64,000 bases of DNA from Candidatus Limnocylindria bacterium (GTDB taxonomy: Bacteria > Chloroflexota > Limnocylindria > P2-11E), in the NCBI GenBank assembly GCA_035708565.1, contig DASSSF010000058.1:2704-66703 (forward strand), given 5' to 3'. How positions within the stretch are numbered: the first letter of the stretch is position 1; each line of letters opens with the position of its first letter. A model generated the notes under the pieces. It had not been told where the DNA came from. It saw only the letters and a list, made by a program, of their open reading frames with translations, and did not search any database. A program made the position numbers and the translations under genes. This document shows, piece after piece, positions 9,968-20,200 of the stretch.

Positions 9968-11940
9968 GCGTCGACACGCCGCGGCGCCGCCCCCGAAGCT
10001 TCGAGGACGACTGGGCGTTCCACGGCACCACGACGCCGCCGACGACGATCGCGAACCCGCCGGAGATGGTCCGCCCCGAGGACCTGCCGCTGCGGCCCGC
10101 CCCGCTCGGCGGCCGCTGGAGCGACGTCCCGATCGAGGATCTCGTGGGCTCGCCGTACGTCGATCACCTGTGGGGCGGCCCGGACCTCTCGCCCGACGGC
10201 CGCGAGGTCGCGTTCTCCTGGGACCGGAGCGGCAACTTCGAGGTCTTCGTCGCGCCCCTCGTCGGCGAGCGGATCTACCAGCTGACGGACTCGCCGCAGC
10301 GGAGCGCCTGGCCACGCTGGTCGCCGGACGGCGCCGGGATCGCGTTCCTCCGCGACGCGGGCGGCGACGAGCGGTACCAGATCTGGCTCATGCGCCGCGA
10401 CGGCCGGCGCCAGCGCGCGCTCACCGGGGAGCCCGAGGTGACGCACCGGGAGATCGAGTGGTCGCCGGACGGCTCGCGGATCGCGTGCGCGTCCGTCGCG
10501 GCGGGGCGCGCGTCCGCGATCAGCGTGATCGACGTCGCGACGGGCGAGCGGCGCGAGCTCACCGACGGATCGTTCGCCGACGAGAAGCCGCGGTGGTCGC
10601 CCGACGGCCGCTGGATCGCGTTCCAGTCGCGCCGCGAGGACGACCGCACGATCGCCGACATCTACCTCGTCCCCTCGGGTGGCGGCGCGGCGCGGCGCCT
10701 CGAGACGAGGAACGGCGTGGCGGGGCAGTCGCTCGAGGTCGCGTGGTCGCCGTTCGGCGACGCGATCGCGTTCAGCACGGACGTCCGCGGGCGCTTTGAG
10801 ATCGCCGTCGCGCGCCTGGACGAGCGCCACGAGGTCGCGGAGGTCGAGCGCCTCACGAACACGCCGTTCGACTCGACCGAGCCGTGCTGGCGCGCCGACG
10901 GGCGCGCGATCCGCTACCTGCACAGCCGCGATGGCGAGACGAGCGTCCGCGAGGTGTTCGTGGCCTCCCACGCCGACCACGCCGCGCTCGACCTCCCCGG
11001 TGTGCACAAGTGGCCGCGTACCGGACCCGACAGCGCGACGGCGGCCGTCGTGTTCTCGAGCGCGCGCCGTCCCTGGGACGTGTGGGTGCGCGAGCCGCGC
11101 GCGGTGCGCGCGCGTCCGATCACGGCGTCGCTCCCCGCGTCGATCGACCCCGAGGTGCTCGTGGAGCCGCGGCACATCCGCTACCGCTCGTCCGACGGGC
11201 GCGAGATCCCGGCGTTCCTCTATCTGCCGCACGCCGAGGCCGTGCGCGGCGACGTGACGCCCGCGATCGTCCACATCCACGGCGGGCCGACGAGCCAGCA
11301 CTTTCGCTGGTGGGACTACCACTCGCAGTGGTTCGCGCACCGCGGCTACGCCGTGCTGGCGCCGAACATCCGCGGCTCGACCGGCTACGGACGCGAGTTC
11401 CAGGAGGCGAATCGCGGCGACTGGGGCGGCATGGACCTCGCCGACGTCGTCGCCGGCGTGGACTGGCTCGAGCGCGAGGGCGTCGCGCCCAAGGGGAAGG
11501 TCGGCGCCTACGGCGGCTCGTACGGTGGCTTCATGACGCTCTACGCGCTCGCGAAGGCGCCCGACCGCTTCGCGGCGGGCGTCTCCGTGGTCGGCGTCGT
11601 CTCGTGGCGGACGCTGCACGAGACGACGCGCGGCGACCTCCGGCTCATGCTCGAACGCGAGCTCGGCGACCCGAAGAAGGACCCCGAGCTCTACCGCGAC
11701 CGCTCGCCGCTCACGCACGTCCGGAGCATCAAGGCGCCGCTCCTCATCCTCCAGGGCGCGAACGACCCGCGTGCCCCGCTCTCCGAGGCCGAGGCCGTCG
11801 CGAACGCGCTCAAGCAGGAGGGCCGCACCCACGACTACCACGTCTACCAGGACGAGGGCCACGGCTTCCGCCAGAAGGCGCACCGCGTCGACGCGCTCCG
11901 CCGCGCGACGGAGTGGTTCGACAAGCACCTCCGCCGCTAG
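9964..11940 (+). CDS. S9 family serine peptidase (prolyl oligopeptidase / acylaminoacyl peptidase type) with N-terminal TolB-like beta-propeller
   Basis: Internal ATG of ORF 8569..11940. Repeated 'WSPDG' propeller blades. The catalytic serine 'GGSYGG' and the 'DEGHGF' His region are present. Confidence 0.85.
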   Translation: MSVDTPRRRPRSFEDDWAFHGTTTPPTTIANPPEMVRPEDLPLRPAPLGGRWSDVPIEDLVGSPYVDHLWGGPDLSPDGREVAFSWDRSGNFEVFVAPLVGERIYQLTDSPQRSAWPRWSPDGAGIAFLRDAGGDERYQIWLMRRDGRRQRALTGEPEVTHREIEWSPDGSRIACASVAAGRASAISVIDVATGERRELTDGSFADEKPRWSPDGRWIAFQSRREDDRTIADIYLVPSGGGAARRLETRNGVAGQSLEVAWSPFGDAIAFSTDVRGRFEIAVARLDERHEVAEVERLTNTPFDSTEPCWRADGRAIRYLHSRDGETSVREVFVASHADHAALDLPGVHKWPRTGPDSATAAVVFSSARRPWDVWVREPRAVRARPITASLPASIDPEVLVEPRHIRYRSSDGREIPAFLYLPHAEAVRGDVTPAIVHIHGGPTSQHFRWWDYHSQWFAHRGYAVLAPNIRGSTGYGREFQEANRGDWGGMDLADVVAGVDWLEREGVAPKGKVGAYGGSYGGFMTLYALAKAPDRFAAGVSVVGVVSWRTLHETTRGDLRLMLERELGDPKKDPELYRDRSPLTHVRSIKAPLLILQGANDPRAPLSEAEAVANALKQEGRTHDYHVYQDEGHGFRQKAHRVDALRRATEWFDKHLRR

Positions 11941-11996
11941 CTGCGACACGGCTCCGCGTGGGTGCTCCGGGCGGTCTGCGCTGCGATGCTGAGGTC

Positions 11997-12608
11997 ATGG
12001 ACGACCCGAAGGAGACGGTGCGGCGCGGGTACGACCGCGTGTCTCGCGCGTACCGAGCCGACGATGCCGCCGAGGGCCAGTACGCACCATGGCTGGACCT
12101 TCTGGAGAACCGGCTCGCCCCCGGTGCGGACGTGCTCGACCTCGGATGTGGCTGCGGCATCCCGGTCGCCCGCCGGCTGTCTCGACGCTATGCCGTCACC
12201 GGCGTCGACCTTTCACCGGTCCAGATCGAGCGCGCCCATGAGCTCGTCCCCGGCGCGACCTTCCTCTGTGCGGACATGAGCGCCGTGGAGTTCCCCGCGC
12301 AGAGCTTCGACGCCGTCGTCTGCCTCTACGCGCTCATCCATGTGCCGCTGGCCGAGCAGCCGGCCATCCTGCGTGCCGTCGCGACGTGGCTCCGACCCGG
12401 CGGGACCTTCATGGCCACGGTCGGCCACCAGGCCTGGACCGGGCTCGAGAAGAACTGGCTGGGTGTCGACGGCGGTGACATGTGGTGGAGCCACGCCGAT
12501 GCCGGGACGTACCGCGGCTGGTCGGCGGCCGCCGGACTGACCGTGGAGCTCGAGACCTTCGTACCGGAAGGAGCGGGAGGGCACACCTTCATCCTCGCTA
12601 CCCGCTAG
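11997..12608 (+). CDS. Class I SAM-dependent methyltransferase
   Basis: Motif I 'VLDLGCGCG'. ATG with a 'gaggt' SD. It is the C-terminal part of ORF 10884..12608. Confidence 0.85.
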   Translation: MDDPKETVRRGYDRVSRAYRADDAAEGQYAPWLDLLENRLAPGADVLDLGCGCGIPVARRLSRRYAVTGVDLSPVQIERAHELVPGATFLCADMSAVEFPAQSFDAVVCLYALIHVPLAEQPAILRAVATWLRPGGTFMATVGHQAWTGLEKNWLGVDGGDMWWSHADAGTYRGWSAAAGLTVELETFVPEGAGGHTFILATR

Positions 12609-12737
12609 CGCTGCAGGATGCGCGTCACCCGCGCCAGGCGCCGCGGCGGATCAGGCTCGCGGCCGCCGTACTGGCCACATCGGACGACCCGCGCGCGGCC
12701 GTGCCGAGTGCCAACACAGCAGGCGGCGGGGTCCCAG

Positions 12738-13940
12738 CTACCGCCTCGTCGCGGTCACCGTCGCGGCCGCCGCCGGGCTCGTCGCCGTGATCGTGTAGCG
12801 CCCGCGAGGCAGGTCACCGGGAACGGCCTCGAAGGCCGCGCCGAACGGCGAGACGGTGAGCATCCACTCCATCGCGGCGCGCGTGCCCTCGATCCGCACC
12901 GTCACGGGTGACGACGGCGGGAACCCGTGCACGAGGAACGCGGCGCGTGGCGCGCCCGCCGAGGTGGTCGCGACGACGCTCGGCCCGGGCGCGGGCGCCG
13001 CGATCCGCGCGGGGAGCCCGGCGAGGAAGGCGTCGAAGGACCTGCCCGTGAGCGCGGCGTACGCCTGGGCGACGCTCTCGCCGCGCGCGATCCGCTCGTA
13101 GACGCGCGCGATCGGCGAGGATCCGCCGACGTCCTCGCGGAGGAGCTCGACCGTGCGCGCGGCCTGCTGGTACTTGTAGTAGCCGGCCCAGTCGGTGAGC
13201 GAGTTCCACGCGTGCTGCGACACGAGGTCGCGCAGGGGGATGAGCGTGTCCGTGACGGCCATCGACGCGGCCTCGTACCGCACGCGCGCGAGGCGCCACT
13301 CGGATCCCGCGATGAGCGCCTCCGCGAGGCGGGCCTGCCCTTCGTTGAGCCACGCCGGAACGAGGTGGCAGTACCGGCCGCAGGCGTCGAGCGTCATGTC
13401 GTGCACGAGCTCGTGGCGGATCGACGCCACGGGCCGGCGCTCGCCCACCGCCTCCCAGTTCACGCCGATGATCCGCAGCGGCGGCTCGAAGAACGACACC
13501 GAGCTCTCGGCGATGAAGGTCGCGGTCGCGGGCGGGTAGCCGAAGATGCCCGCCATGCCGCGCGCGTAGCTCGCTGTCGTCGCGAACACGTAGACGACCG
13601 GCCGGTGCGCGAACGGCCGCGCGAACTCCCGCTCCACGTCCGCGATGTCGGACGCGACCTGCGCCCCGATCACCGCGCCGTCGTCGCGGCCGATCGCGGC
13701 CTCGACGAAGAGATCGGCGGCCGAGTCCACGGCCTCGAACTCGACGCCGCCGATCGTGCGCAGGACGCGCGGCGGCTCCGGGACCGCCGCGACGGCCGCG
13801 GTCGGCGCCGGCGCGGCGGTCGCCGCGGGTGCGGCGGTCCGGACGGCCGTCGCCTCGGGCGACGGGTCCGCGGGCGCCGTCGCCGCCGGGACGGTGGTGC
13901 AGGCGACGGTCAGGGCGAGCGCGAGCGCGGCGATCCGCAT
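12738..13940 (-). CDS. Putative secreted zinc metallopeptidase lipoprotein (HEXXH 'HELVH' + downstream 'NEGQA', peptidase MA-like), signal 'MRIAALALALTVAC'
   Basis: Internal ATG at 13940 of ORF 12738..14759. The HEXXH...E spacing is typical of MA clan / Peptidase_MA_2. Confidence 0.65.
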   Translation of the reverse strand: MRIAALALALTVACTTVPAATAPADPSPEATAVRTAAPAATAAPAPTAAVAAVPEPPRVLRTIGGVEFEAVDSAADLFVEAAIGRDDGAVIGAQVASDIADVEREFARPFAHRPVVYVFATTASYARGMAGIFGYPPATATFIAESSVSFFEPPLRIIGVNWEAVGERRPVASIRHELVHDMTLDACGRYCHLVPAWLNEGQARLAEALIAGSEWRLARVRYEAASMAVTDTLIPLRDLVSQHAWNSLTDWAGYYKYQQAARTVELLREDVGGSSPIARVYERIARGESVAQAYAALTGRSFDAFLAGLPARIAAPAPGPSVVATTSAGAPRAAFLVHGFPPSSPVTVRIEGTRAAMEWMLTVSPFGAAFEAVPGDLPRGRYTITATSPAAAATVTATRR

Positions 13941-13998
13941 CGCTCGATCGTCCACCTTCCCGCGCCGCGGCGGGTGGCGGTCCGCGATCAGCGATAGC

Positions 13999-15411
13999 GT
14001 GGCCGCCGTGGACGCCGTCGTCGTGGGCGCGGGCCCGAACGGCCTCGCGGCCGCGGTCGCCATCGCGCGCGCGGGCCGCGCGGTACGGGTCATCGAGGCG
14101 AACGACACGATCGGCGGCGGCTCCCGCTCCGCGGCGCTCACGCTCCCGGGCTTCGTCCACGACGTCTGCTCGGCGATCCATCCCCTCGCGGCGTCGTCGC
14201 CGTTCTTTCGCGAGCTCGGCCTCGAGGTGGACTGGATCCATCCGGAGATACCGCTCGCGCACCCGCTCGACGACGGCACCGCCGCGGTGCTCGCGCGATC
14301 GGTCGACGAGACCGCGTCGCGCCTCGGCCCCGACGGGGCCGCGTGGCGCCGGACGGTGGGGCAGGTCGCGCGCGAGTGGGAGCGCACCGAGGCCCTCCGG
14401 ACGGGCCCGATCGTGCATCTCCCGCGGCACCCGCTCGCCGAGGCGCGCTTCGGGCTCATGGCGCTCCAGCCCGCGACGCTCCTCGCGCGCGGCTTCCGGG
14501 GGACGGCCGCGCGCGCGCTCTTCGCGGGTTGCGCCGCGCACTCCTTCCTGCCACTCACCGCGCCCACGAGCGGCGCGTTCGCGCTCACGATCGCGGCCTC
14601 GGCCCACACGGTCGGCTGGCCGGTCGCGCGCGGGGGCTCCCAGCGGATCGCCGAGGCGCTCGCCGAGCGGCTCAGGTCGCTCGGCGGGACGATCGAGACC
14701 GGCCACCGCGTGCGCGAGCTCGAGGCCCTCCCTCGCGCGCGCGCGTACCTCCTCGACACGTCCCCTCGAGACGCGGACCGGATCGCGGGCCGCCGCCTGC
14801 CAGAGGGCTACCGGCGCGCGCTCCGCCGCTACCGCTACGGGCCGGGCGTCTTCAAGGTCGACTACGCCCTCGCGGGCCCGGTGCCGTGGCGGGCGGCGGA
14901 CTGCGCGCGGGCCGGCACGGTGCACGTGGGCGGCACGCTCGAGGAGATCGCCGCGGCGGAAGCGGAGGTCGCGCGCGGCGGGCATCCCGAGCGCCCGTTC
15001 GTGCTCGTCGGCCAGCAGAGCCTGTTCGATCCGTCGCGCGCGCCGGCGGGGAAGCACACGCTCTGGGTGTACTGCCACGTCCCGAACGGCTCGACCGTGG
15101 ACATGACCTCGCGCGTCGAGGCGCAGCTCGAGCGGTTCGCGCCGGGCTTCCGCGACCTCGTGCTCGCGCGCCGCGTCTTTGGCACCGCCGACGTCGAGCG
15201 TGAGAACGCGAACTACGTGGGCGGGGACATCTCGAACGGCGCGCACTCGGGCATGCAGCTGCTCGCGCGGCCGGTGCTGCGGGCGGTCCCCTACGCGACG
15301 CCCGCGCGCGACGTGTACCTCTGTTCGGCGGCGACGCCGCCGGGCGGTGGCGTCCACGGGATGTGCGGGTACCGGGCGGCGCGCGTCGCGCTCCGGCGCG
15401 CGCTCTCCTAG
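13999..15411 (+). CDS. Phytoene-desaturase-family (CrtI-like) FAD/NAD(P)-dependent oxidoreductase
   Basis: GTG start. Dinucleotide-binding 'VVVGAGPNGLAAAVAIARAG'. C-terminal 'GGGVHG' typical of the CrtI family. Confidence 0.85.
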   Translation: MAAVDAVVVGAGPNGLAAAVAIARAGRAVRVIEANDTIGGGSRSAALTLPGFVHDVCSAIHPLAASSPFFRELGLEVDWIHPEIPLAHPLDDGTAAVLARSVDETASRLGPDGAAWRRTVGQVAREWERTEALRTGPIVHLPRHPLAEARFGLMALQPATLLARGFRGTAARALFAGCAAHSFLPLTAPTSGAFALTIAASAHTVGWPVARGGSQRIAEALAERLRSLGGTIETGHRVRELEALPRARAYLLDTSPRDADRIAGRRLPEGYRRALRRYRYGPGVFKVDYALAGPVPWRAADCARAGTVHVGGTLEEIAAAEAEVARGGHPERPFVLVGQQSLFDPSRAPAGKHTLWVYCHVPNGSTVDMTSRVEAQLERFAPGFRDLVLARRVFGTADVERENANYVGGDISNGAHSGMQLLARPVLRAVPYATPARDVYLCSAATPPGGGVHGMCGYRAARVALRRALS

Positions 15412-16838
15412 GGCGAGAAGCTGCGCAGCGACAGCGGCCGCACGTACTCGCCCGCGGGCGTGCGGGCCCACCACGCGCCCGTCGCGCGCCGCTCGGCCGG
15501 CGTCGTGTAGCGGTAGAGGTAGAGGCGCGCGCGCACGAAGCGCGGCGGCCGGCCGTCGAACGGGTCGTGTCGGAGGAGCCGGAGCGTGGGGCGGTCCGCC
15601 GCGAGCAGTCTCGCGAGGAGCGGGACGAACCACTCGTAGTAGATGGCCGGACCCATCGCGGCGAACCACATGAGCCAGTCGAGGCGCAGGTGGTACGGCG
15701 CGAACTGACGCGGGCGGTAGCGGACGTCGCCGGGCTTGCCCTTGAACTCGTACTCGCGCCACTCCGTCGCGCCCGTCAGCACCGCGTCCGCCGTCCCCTC
15801 GATCACGACCTCGTAGCGCTCCTTCGTGACGCTCCCGAACGCGCCGTACGTGTTCACGAGATGCAGCGGGTCGAACGACGCGTTCATGAGCTGCCGCCGT
15901 GCCACGAGGTTGCGCGCGGGCCGGTACGAGAGGAAGAGGACGAGCGCGGTGTAGAGGACGACGAGCACGTCGAAGGGGAACGCGTGCGGGCCCGCCGCCG
16001 CGTCGAGCGGGAGGACCCCGCCGAGCGTCGCGTCGTCGAACGCGAAGACGGTCACGACGATCGTCGTCCAGTTGAGCCACGCGAAGTTCCCGGAGAGGAG
16101 CAGCCACGACTGCGTGCCGGCGATCGCCGCGCCGCCGATGACCGGGAACGGCGGCGGGAGGAAGAGCAGGAAGGGCATGACGAGCTGCGCGACGTGGTTG
16201 CCGAGCACCTCGAGGCGGTGGACGCGCTTCGCTAGGTGATGGAACCGCCACGACAGTGGGTTCGGCATGGGCTGCGTCTCGTGGTGGTGGTCGAGGCAGG
16301 TGAGGTCGCGCCAGCAGCGGTCGCCGCGCATCTTGATCATCCCCGCGCCGAACTCCACGCGGAACACGAGCCAGCGCGCCAGGATCACGAGGGGCAGCGG
16401 CACCGGCACCGTCGCGTTGCCGAGGAAGATCGCGAGGAAGCCCGCCTCGCAGAGCAGCGACTCCCAGCCGAACGCGTAGAAGGTCTGGCCGACGTTGACG
16501 ATCGAGAGGTAGAGCGCCCATAGGACGAGCCAGACGAGAACCGCGACGGTGAGGGGCACGCGGTCCGTCAGGCCGGCGAGCGCGAAGAGCGAGAGCGCGA
16601 TGCCCGTCCACGCGACGGCCGCGAGCAGGCGGTCGGAGTAGCGCCAGTGGAAGAGGCTCGGCGCGGAGCGGAACGGCACGACCGCCACGTAGTGCGGGAC
16701 CGGCAGGAGGCCGCGCTCGCCGAGCAGCGGGCGGAACTGGCGCAGCGCGACCACGAACGCCACGAGGTAGATGGCGGCGAGCCCGCGCTGGAACAGGAGC
16801 CGCGCGATGTCGTACTCGGACGTCCCGAGCCATTCCAT
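15408..16838 (-). CDS. Lipase maturation factor (LMF1-like) family integral membrane protein
   Basis: 476 aa with a multi-TM N-half and a conserved C-terminal domain 'HLRLDWLMWFAA...'. It has a 4-nt overlap with 13999..15411. Confidence 0.8.
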   Translation of the reverse strand: MEWLGTSEYDIARLLFQRGLAAIYLVAFVVALRQFRPLLGERGLLPVPHYVAVVPFRSAPSLFHWRYSDRLLAAVAWTGIALSLFALAGLTDRVPLTVAVLVWLVLWALYLSIVNVGQTFYAFGWESLLCEAGFLAIFLGNATVPVPLPLVILARWLVFRVEFGAGMIKMRGDRCWRDLTCLDHHHETQPMPNPLSWRFHHLAKRVHRLEVLGNHVAQLVMPFLLFLPPPFPVIGGAAIAGTQSWLLLSGNFAWLNWTTIVVTVFAFDDATLGGVLPLDAAAGPHAFPFDVLVVLYTALVLFLSYRPARNLVARRQLMNASFDPLHLVNTYGAFGSVTKERYEVVIEGTADAVLTGATEWREYEFKGKPGDVRYRPRQFAPYHLRLDWLMWFAAMGPAIYYEWFVPLLARLLAADRPTLRLLRHDPFDGRPPRFVRARLYLYRYTTPAERRATGAWWARTPAGEYVRPLSLRSFSP

Positions 16839-16876
16839 CGCCGCCTATGGTGCGGTCCGTGTGCCCGGGGCCGGCG

Positions 16877-17242
16877 CTAGACGCGGTGGAGGTGCGTGTC
16901 CATGAAGCGCGTGAAGGCGTACTTGAGGCCGTAGCCGAGCATCCGGTCGGCGCCGATGTGCGCGGCCCACACGAGCGCGACCGAGACGAGGAGCGCGGTG
17001 TCGGTGAGCGTACCGGCCACGCCGAGGGCCGCCGGGACCGCGTAGGTGTGGAAGAAGTTGTACATGGCGCTCCCGAGCCGCGATCCGCGCAGGTATCCGA
17101 GGATGCCGATGTCGGGCGCGACGATGAGGAGGGCGTACAGCGTCCAGTTGCCGTCCGTGCGCCAGAACAGGTACGTCGCGATCCCGAGCGCGAACGCCCC
17201 CTCGATCCGCAGCAGGGCGCCGGGGCGGGTGAGCGCGTACAC
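16877..17242 (-). CDS. DUF4260-family small membrane protein
   Basis: 121 aa with 3-4 TM. It is immediately upstream of the LMF gene on the same strand, with a 38-nt gap. Confidence 0.7.
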   Translation of the reverse strand: MYALTRPGALLRIEGAFALGIATYLFWRTDGNWTLYALLIVAPDIGILGYLRGSRLGSAMYNFFHTYAVPAALGVAGTLTDTALLVSVALVWAAHIGADRMLGYGLKYAFTRFMDTHLHRV

Positions 17243-17244
17243 GG

Positions 17245-20200
17245 CTAGACGCGCACGGCGAGCGCGTCGATCCGCGTGCGGAGCGCGATCGCGCCGAGCC
17301 GTTCCGCGATCGCCCGCGCCTCGTCGCGCTCCTTCGTTGCCTCCGCGGCGCGGCCGAGACGCTCGAGCGCGTCGGCGTGGTCGACGAGCGCGCAGGCGCG
17401 CTCGTGGTCCGCGCGCAGCGTGGCGAAGGCCTGGGTCGCGTCAAGGAGGAGCGCCTCGGCGCGCGCGTGCTCGCCCGCGCGGAGCGCGCGCAGGCCCTGC
17501 GCCTGCACGAGGTAGGCACGCCCGCGCGCGTAGCCGGCCCGCTCGACCTCGGCGGCGACGCGCTCCTCGAACGACGTGTCGTCGATGCCCCAGCGGACGG
17601 ACGCGACGACGATCATCGGTCCGAACAGCACGCGGTCGAACCGGCGGAGGCCCGCGCTGCGGAGCGCGTGGTACGCGCTCTCGCTCTCGCGCTGGCCGTA
17701 GTACGCGGCGAGGAAGTCCGCGCCCGCGAGCATCGCCGGGAACGTCTCCGACTCGACGAGCTTGTCGCGGAGCGTCTTCTCCTCGGGCGACGCGAGCGCC
17801 GCCGCGGCAGCCATCGCGTTCGCGAGGATCGCGGCCATCTTGTTGGCCGGCCACCCGAGCTGCTCGGCGCGCCGGGTGACCTCGAGCGCGCCCGGGAAGT
17901 CCGACGCGAGGAGGTGCGCGAGCGCCTCGATGTGGAGCGCCGCGAGGCCGAGGCGCGGCTTCTCGGTGGTGATCGCGATCTCGCGCGCCGTCGCGGCGTG
18001 GTCGGTCGCGGTCGGCAGGTCGCCGAGCACGACCGCGGACATCGACAGCATCGTGTACGCGTCGATCAGCTCGTCGTTGTCCTGGAGCGACTTCGCGATC
18101 GGCACCCGCCGCTCGTTCGCGGCGTAGGCCTCGCGGTAGCGGCCGAGCTCGCGGTACGCGAACCCGACGGCGTCGAGGCAGATCGACACCTCGCGGAGCG
18201 ATCCGAGCTCCTCCGCGATCGCGAGGGCCTGCCGCGCCGTCTCGAGCGCGTCCTCCCAGTCTGCGTCGGTGGAGCGGGGGAGCGTGCGCGGGAGGAACGC
18301 GCGGGCGGCGAGCAGGAGGACGCGCTCGCGCGAGCGCTCGTTGCCCACGAGGCCGAGGCCCTCCGCGATGAGGCCGTCGAGGTCCGGGTGCTTCGCGCCC
18401 CAGCGGGTCGCGAGCTCGGCCATGTGCGCGTAGAGGTTCGCGATCTCCTGGCGGTGGTCGCCGGGCTGCGCGACGAGGAGGCCGAGCGCGCGCTCGTAGG
18501 CCGCGAGCGCGGCGTCGTACTCGCCGCGCAGGCGGCGGATCCGCGCCACGAGGTGGAGCGCCTCGACGCTCTTCGCCGTCTCGCCGGCCTTCTCCCAGAG
18601 CTCGAGCGCCGTCTCCGCGAAGCGGAGCGCCTCGCCGTGCGCGTGGATCGAGATCGCGCGCTGCGCCGCCTTCCACGCGTACTTCGCGGCCTTGTCCGGC
18701 ACCTCGCCCATCAGGTAGTGGTGGGAGAGCGCCGGGTAGAACTCCTTGATCCCGTCGCCGAGGGCCTCCTCGAAGGCCGCGGCGACGCGCCGGTGCAGCT
18801 CGACGCGGCGCCGGACGAGGAGCGTGTTGTAGGCGACCTCCTGCGTGACCGCGTGCTTGAAGCGGTAGCGGCCCTCGCGCCGCTCGCCCGGCGCGGCCTC
18901 GAGCACGAGGTCCGCCGCGATCAGCGCGTCGACCGCGTCGGCGATGCGGTCGCCGCCCGCCGCGCGGAGGACGCGGTCGCCGAAGCGCTGGCCGATCACG
19001 GACGCGAGCTGGATGCACTCCTTCGCGAGCGGTGTGAGCCGGTCGATGCGCGCGGCGATGACCGCGTGGAGCGTCGCCGGCACCTCGAGGGCGGCCGGGC
19101 GCTCGCGCACGACCCACTCGCCCTCCTCGTCGCGCGCGACCGCGCCGGACTCGACGAGCGAGCGGATCGACTCCTCGATGAAGAAGGGGTTGCCCCCCGC
19201 CCGCGCGACGATGCGGTCGCGCAGCTCGGCGGGGGCCCACTGCACGACGGACTCGACGATGCGCGCCGCCTCCTCGTCGGGCAGCGGCTCGAGGACGAGC
19301 TGCGTGAAGTTCGTGCGGGTCGGCCGCGGCTCCGGGCTGCCGGGCCCGAGGCGTTGCGCGAGCAGGTAGAGCATCGGCACGCGCGACGCGCGCGCCGCCA
19401 CGAACCAGAGGAGGTCGAGCGACGCGGTGTCCGCGTAGTGGAGATCCTCGAGCACGACGAGGAGCGGCCGGTCGCGCGCGAGCGACGCGAGCACGTCGTA
19501 CACGACGACGAACATCTCCCGCTTCCGCTCCTCCGACCCCTCCTCGGCGGTCTCGGCCCCGGGCAGGTGGAGGAACTGCGAGAGGACCGGTCCGGCGCGC
19601 TCCGGCTCGCTGAAGCGGAGCTTCGTGAGGCTGCGCTCGCACTCGCGCGCGGCGTCGGGCGCGGCGGGGTCGATCCCGAGCTCGATGAGGATCGGCTCGA
19701 TGAACCCCGCGTACGAGCGCTGGTTGACGCGCGAGAACGTCCAGCGCATGACCCGCGGCCGGTCGGCGTCCTGCGCGCTCTCCTCGCCGGCGGCGAGGCC
19801 GATGAACTCGGACACGAGGCGGCTCTTCCCGATGCCCGGCTCGCCTGAGATGAGCACGACCTCGGTGCGGCCCACGCGCGACGACTGGTAGGCGAGGTCG
19901 AGGCGCGAGAGCTCCATCCACCGCCCGACGAGAGGCGCGTTGAGCTCGATCGACGGCCGCTTCTCGCTGCGCTCGCCCGTGAGGGCGTACGCGAGCACCT
20001 GCTGCTCCTTGCCCTTCATCTCGATCGGGCCGACCTCGCGGAAGGTGAACTCGCGCTGCGTGAGGCGGAAGGTCGCCTGCGTGACGTAGATCTCGCCCGG
20101 GCCGGCGGCCGTCTGGAGCCGCGACGCGATGTTCACCGTGTCGCCCATGACGCCGTACTGCGTCGCGACGCGGACGCCGCCCGCCACGACGAGCCCGGTG

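Noticed and set aside
12814-16833. 1339-aa - strand ORF, and similar giants (8192..10315, 21749..25633, 45491..47554, 60786..63545, 41966..45502 N-terminal part)
   Set aside because: They have arginine/alanine-rich composition and no motifs. Each overlaps several well-supported genes in other frames or strands. Only the embedded segments with homology were called.
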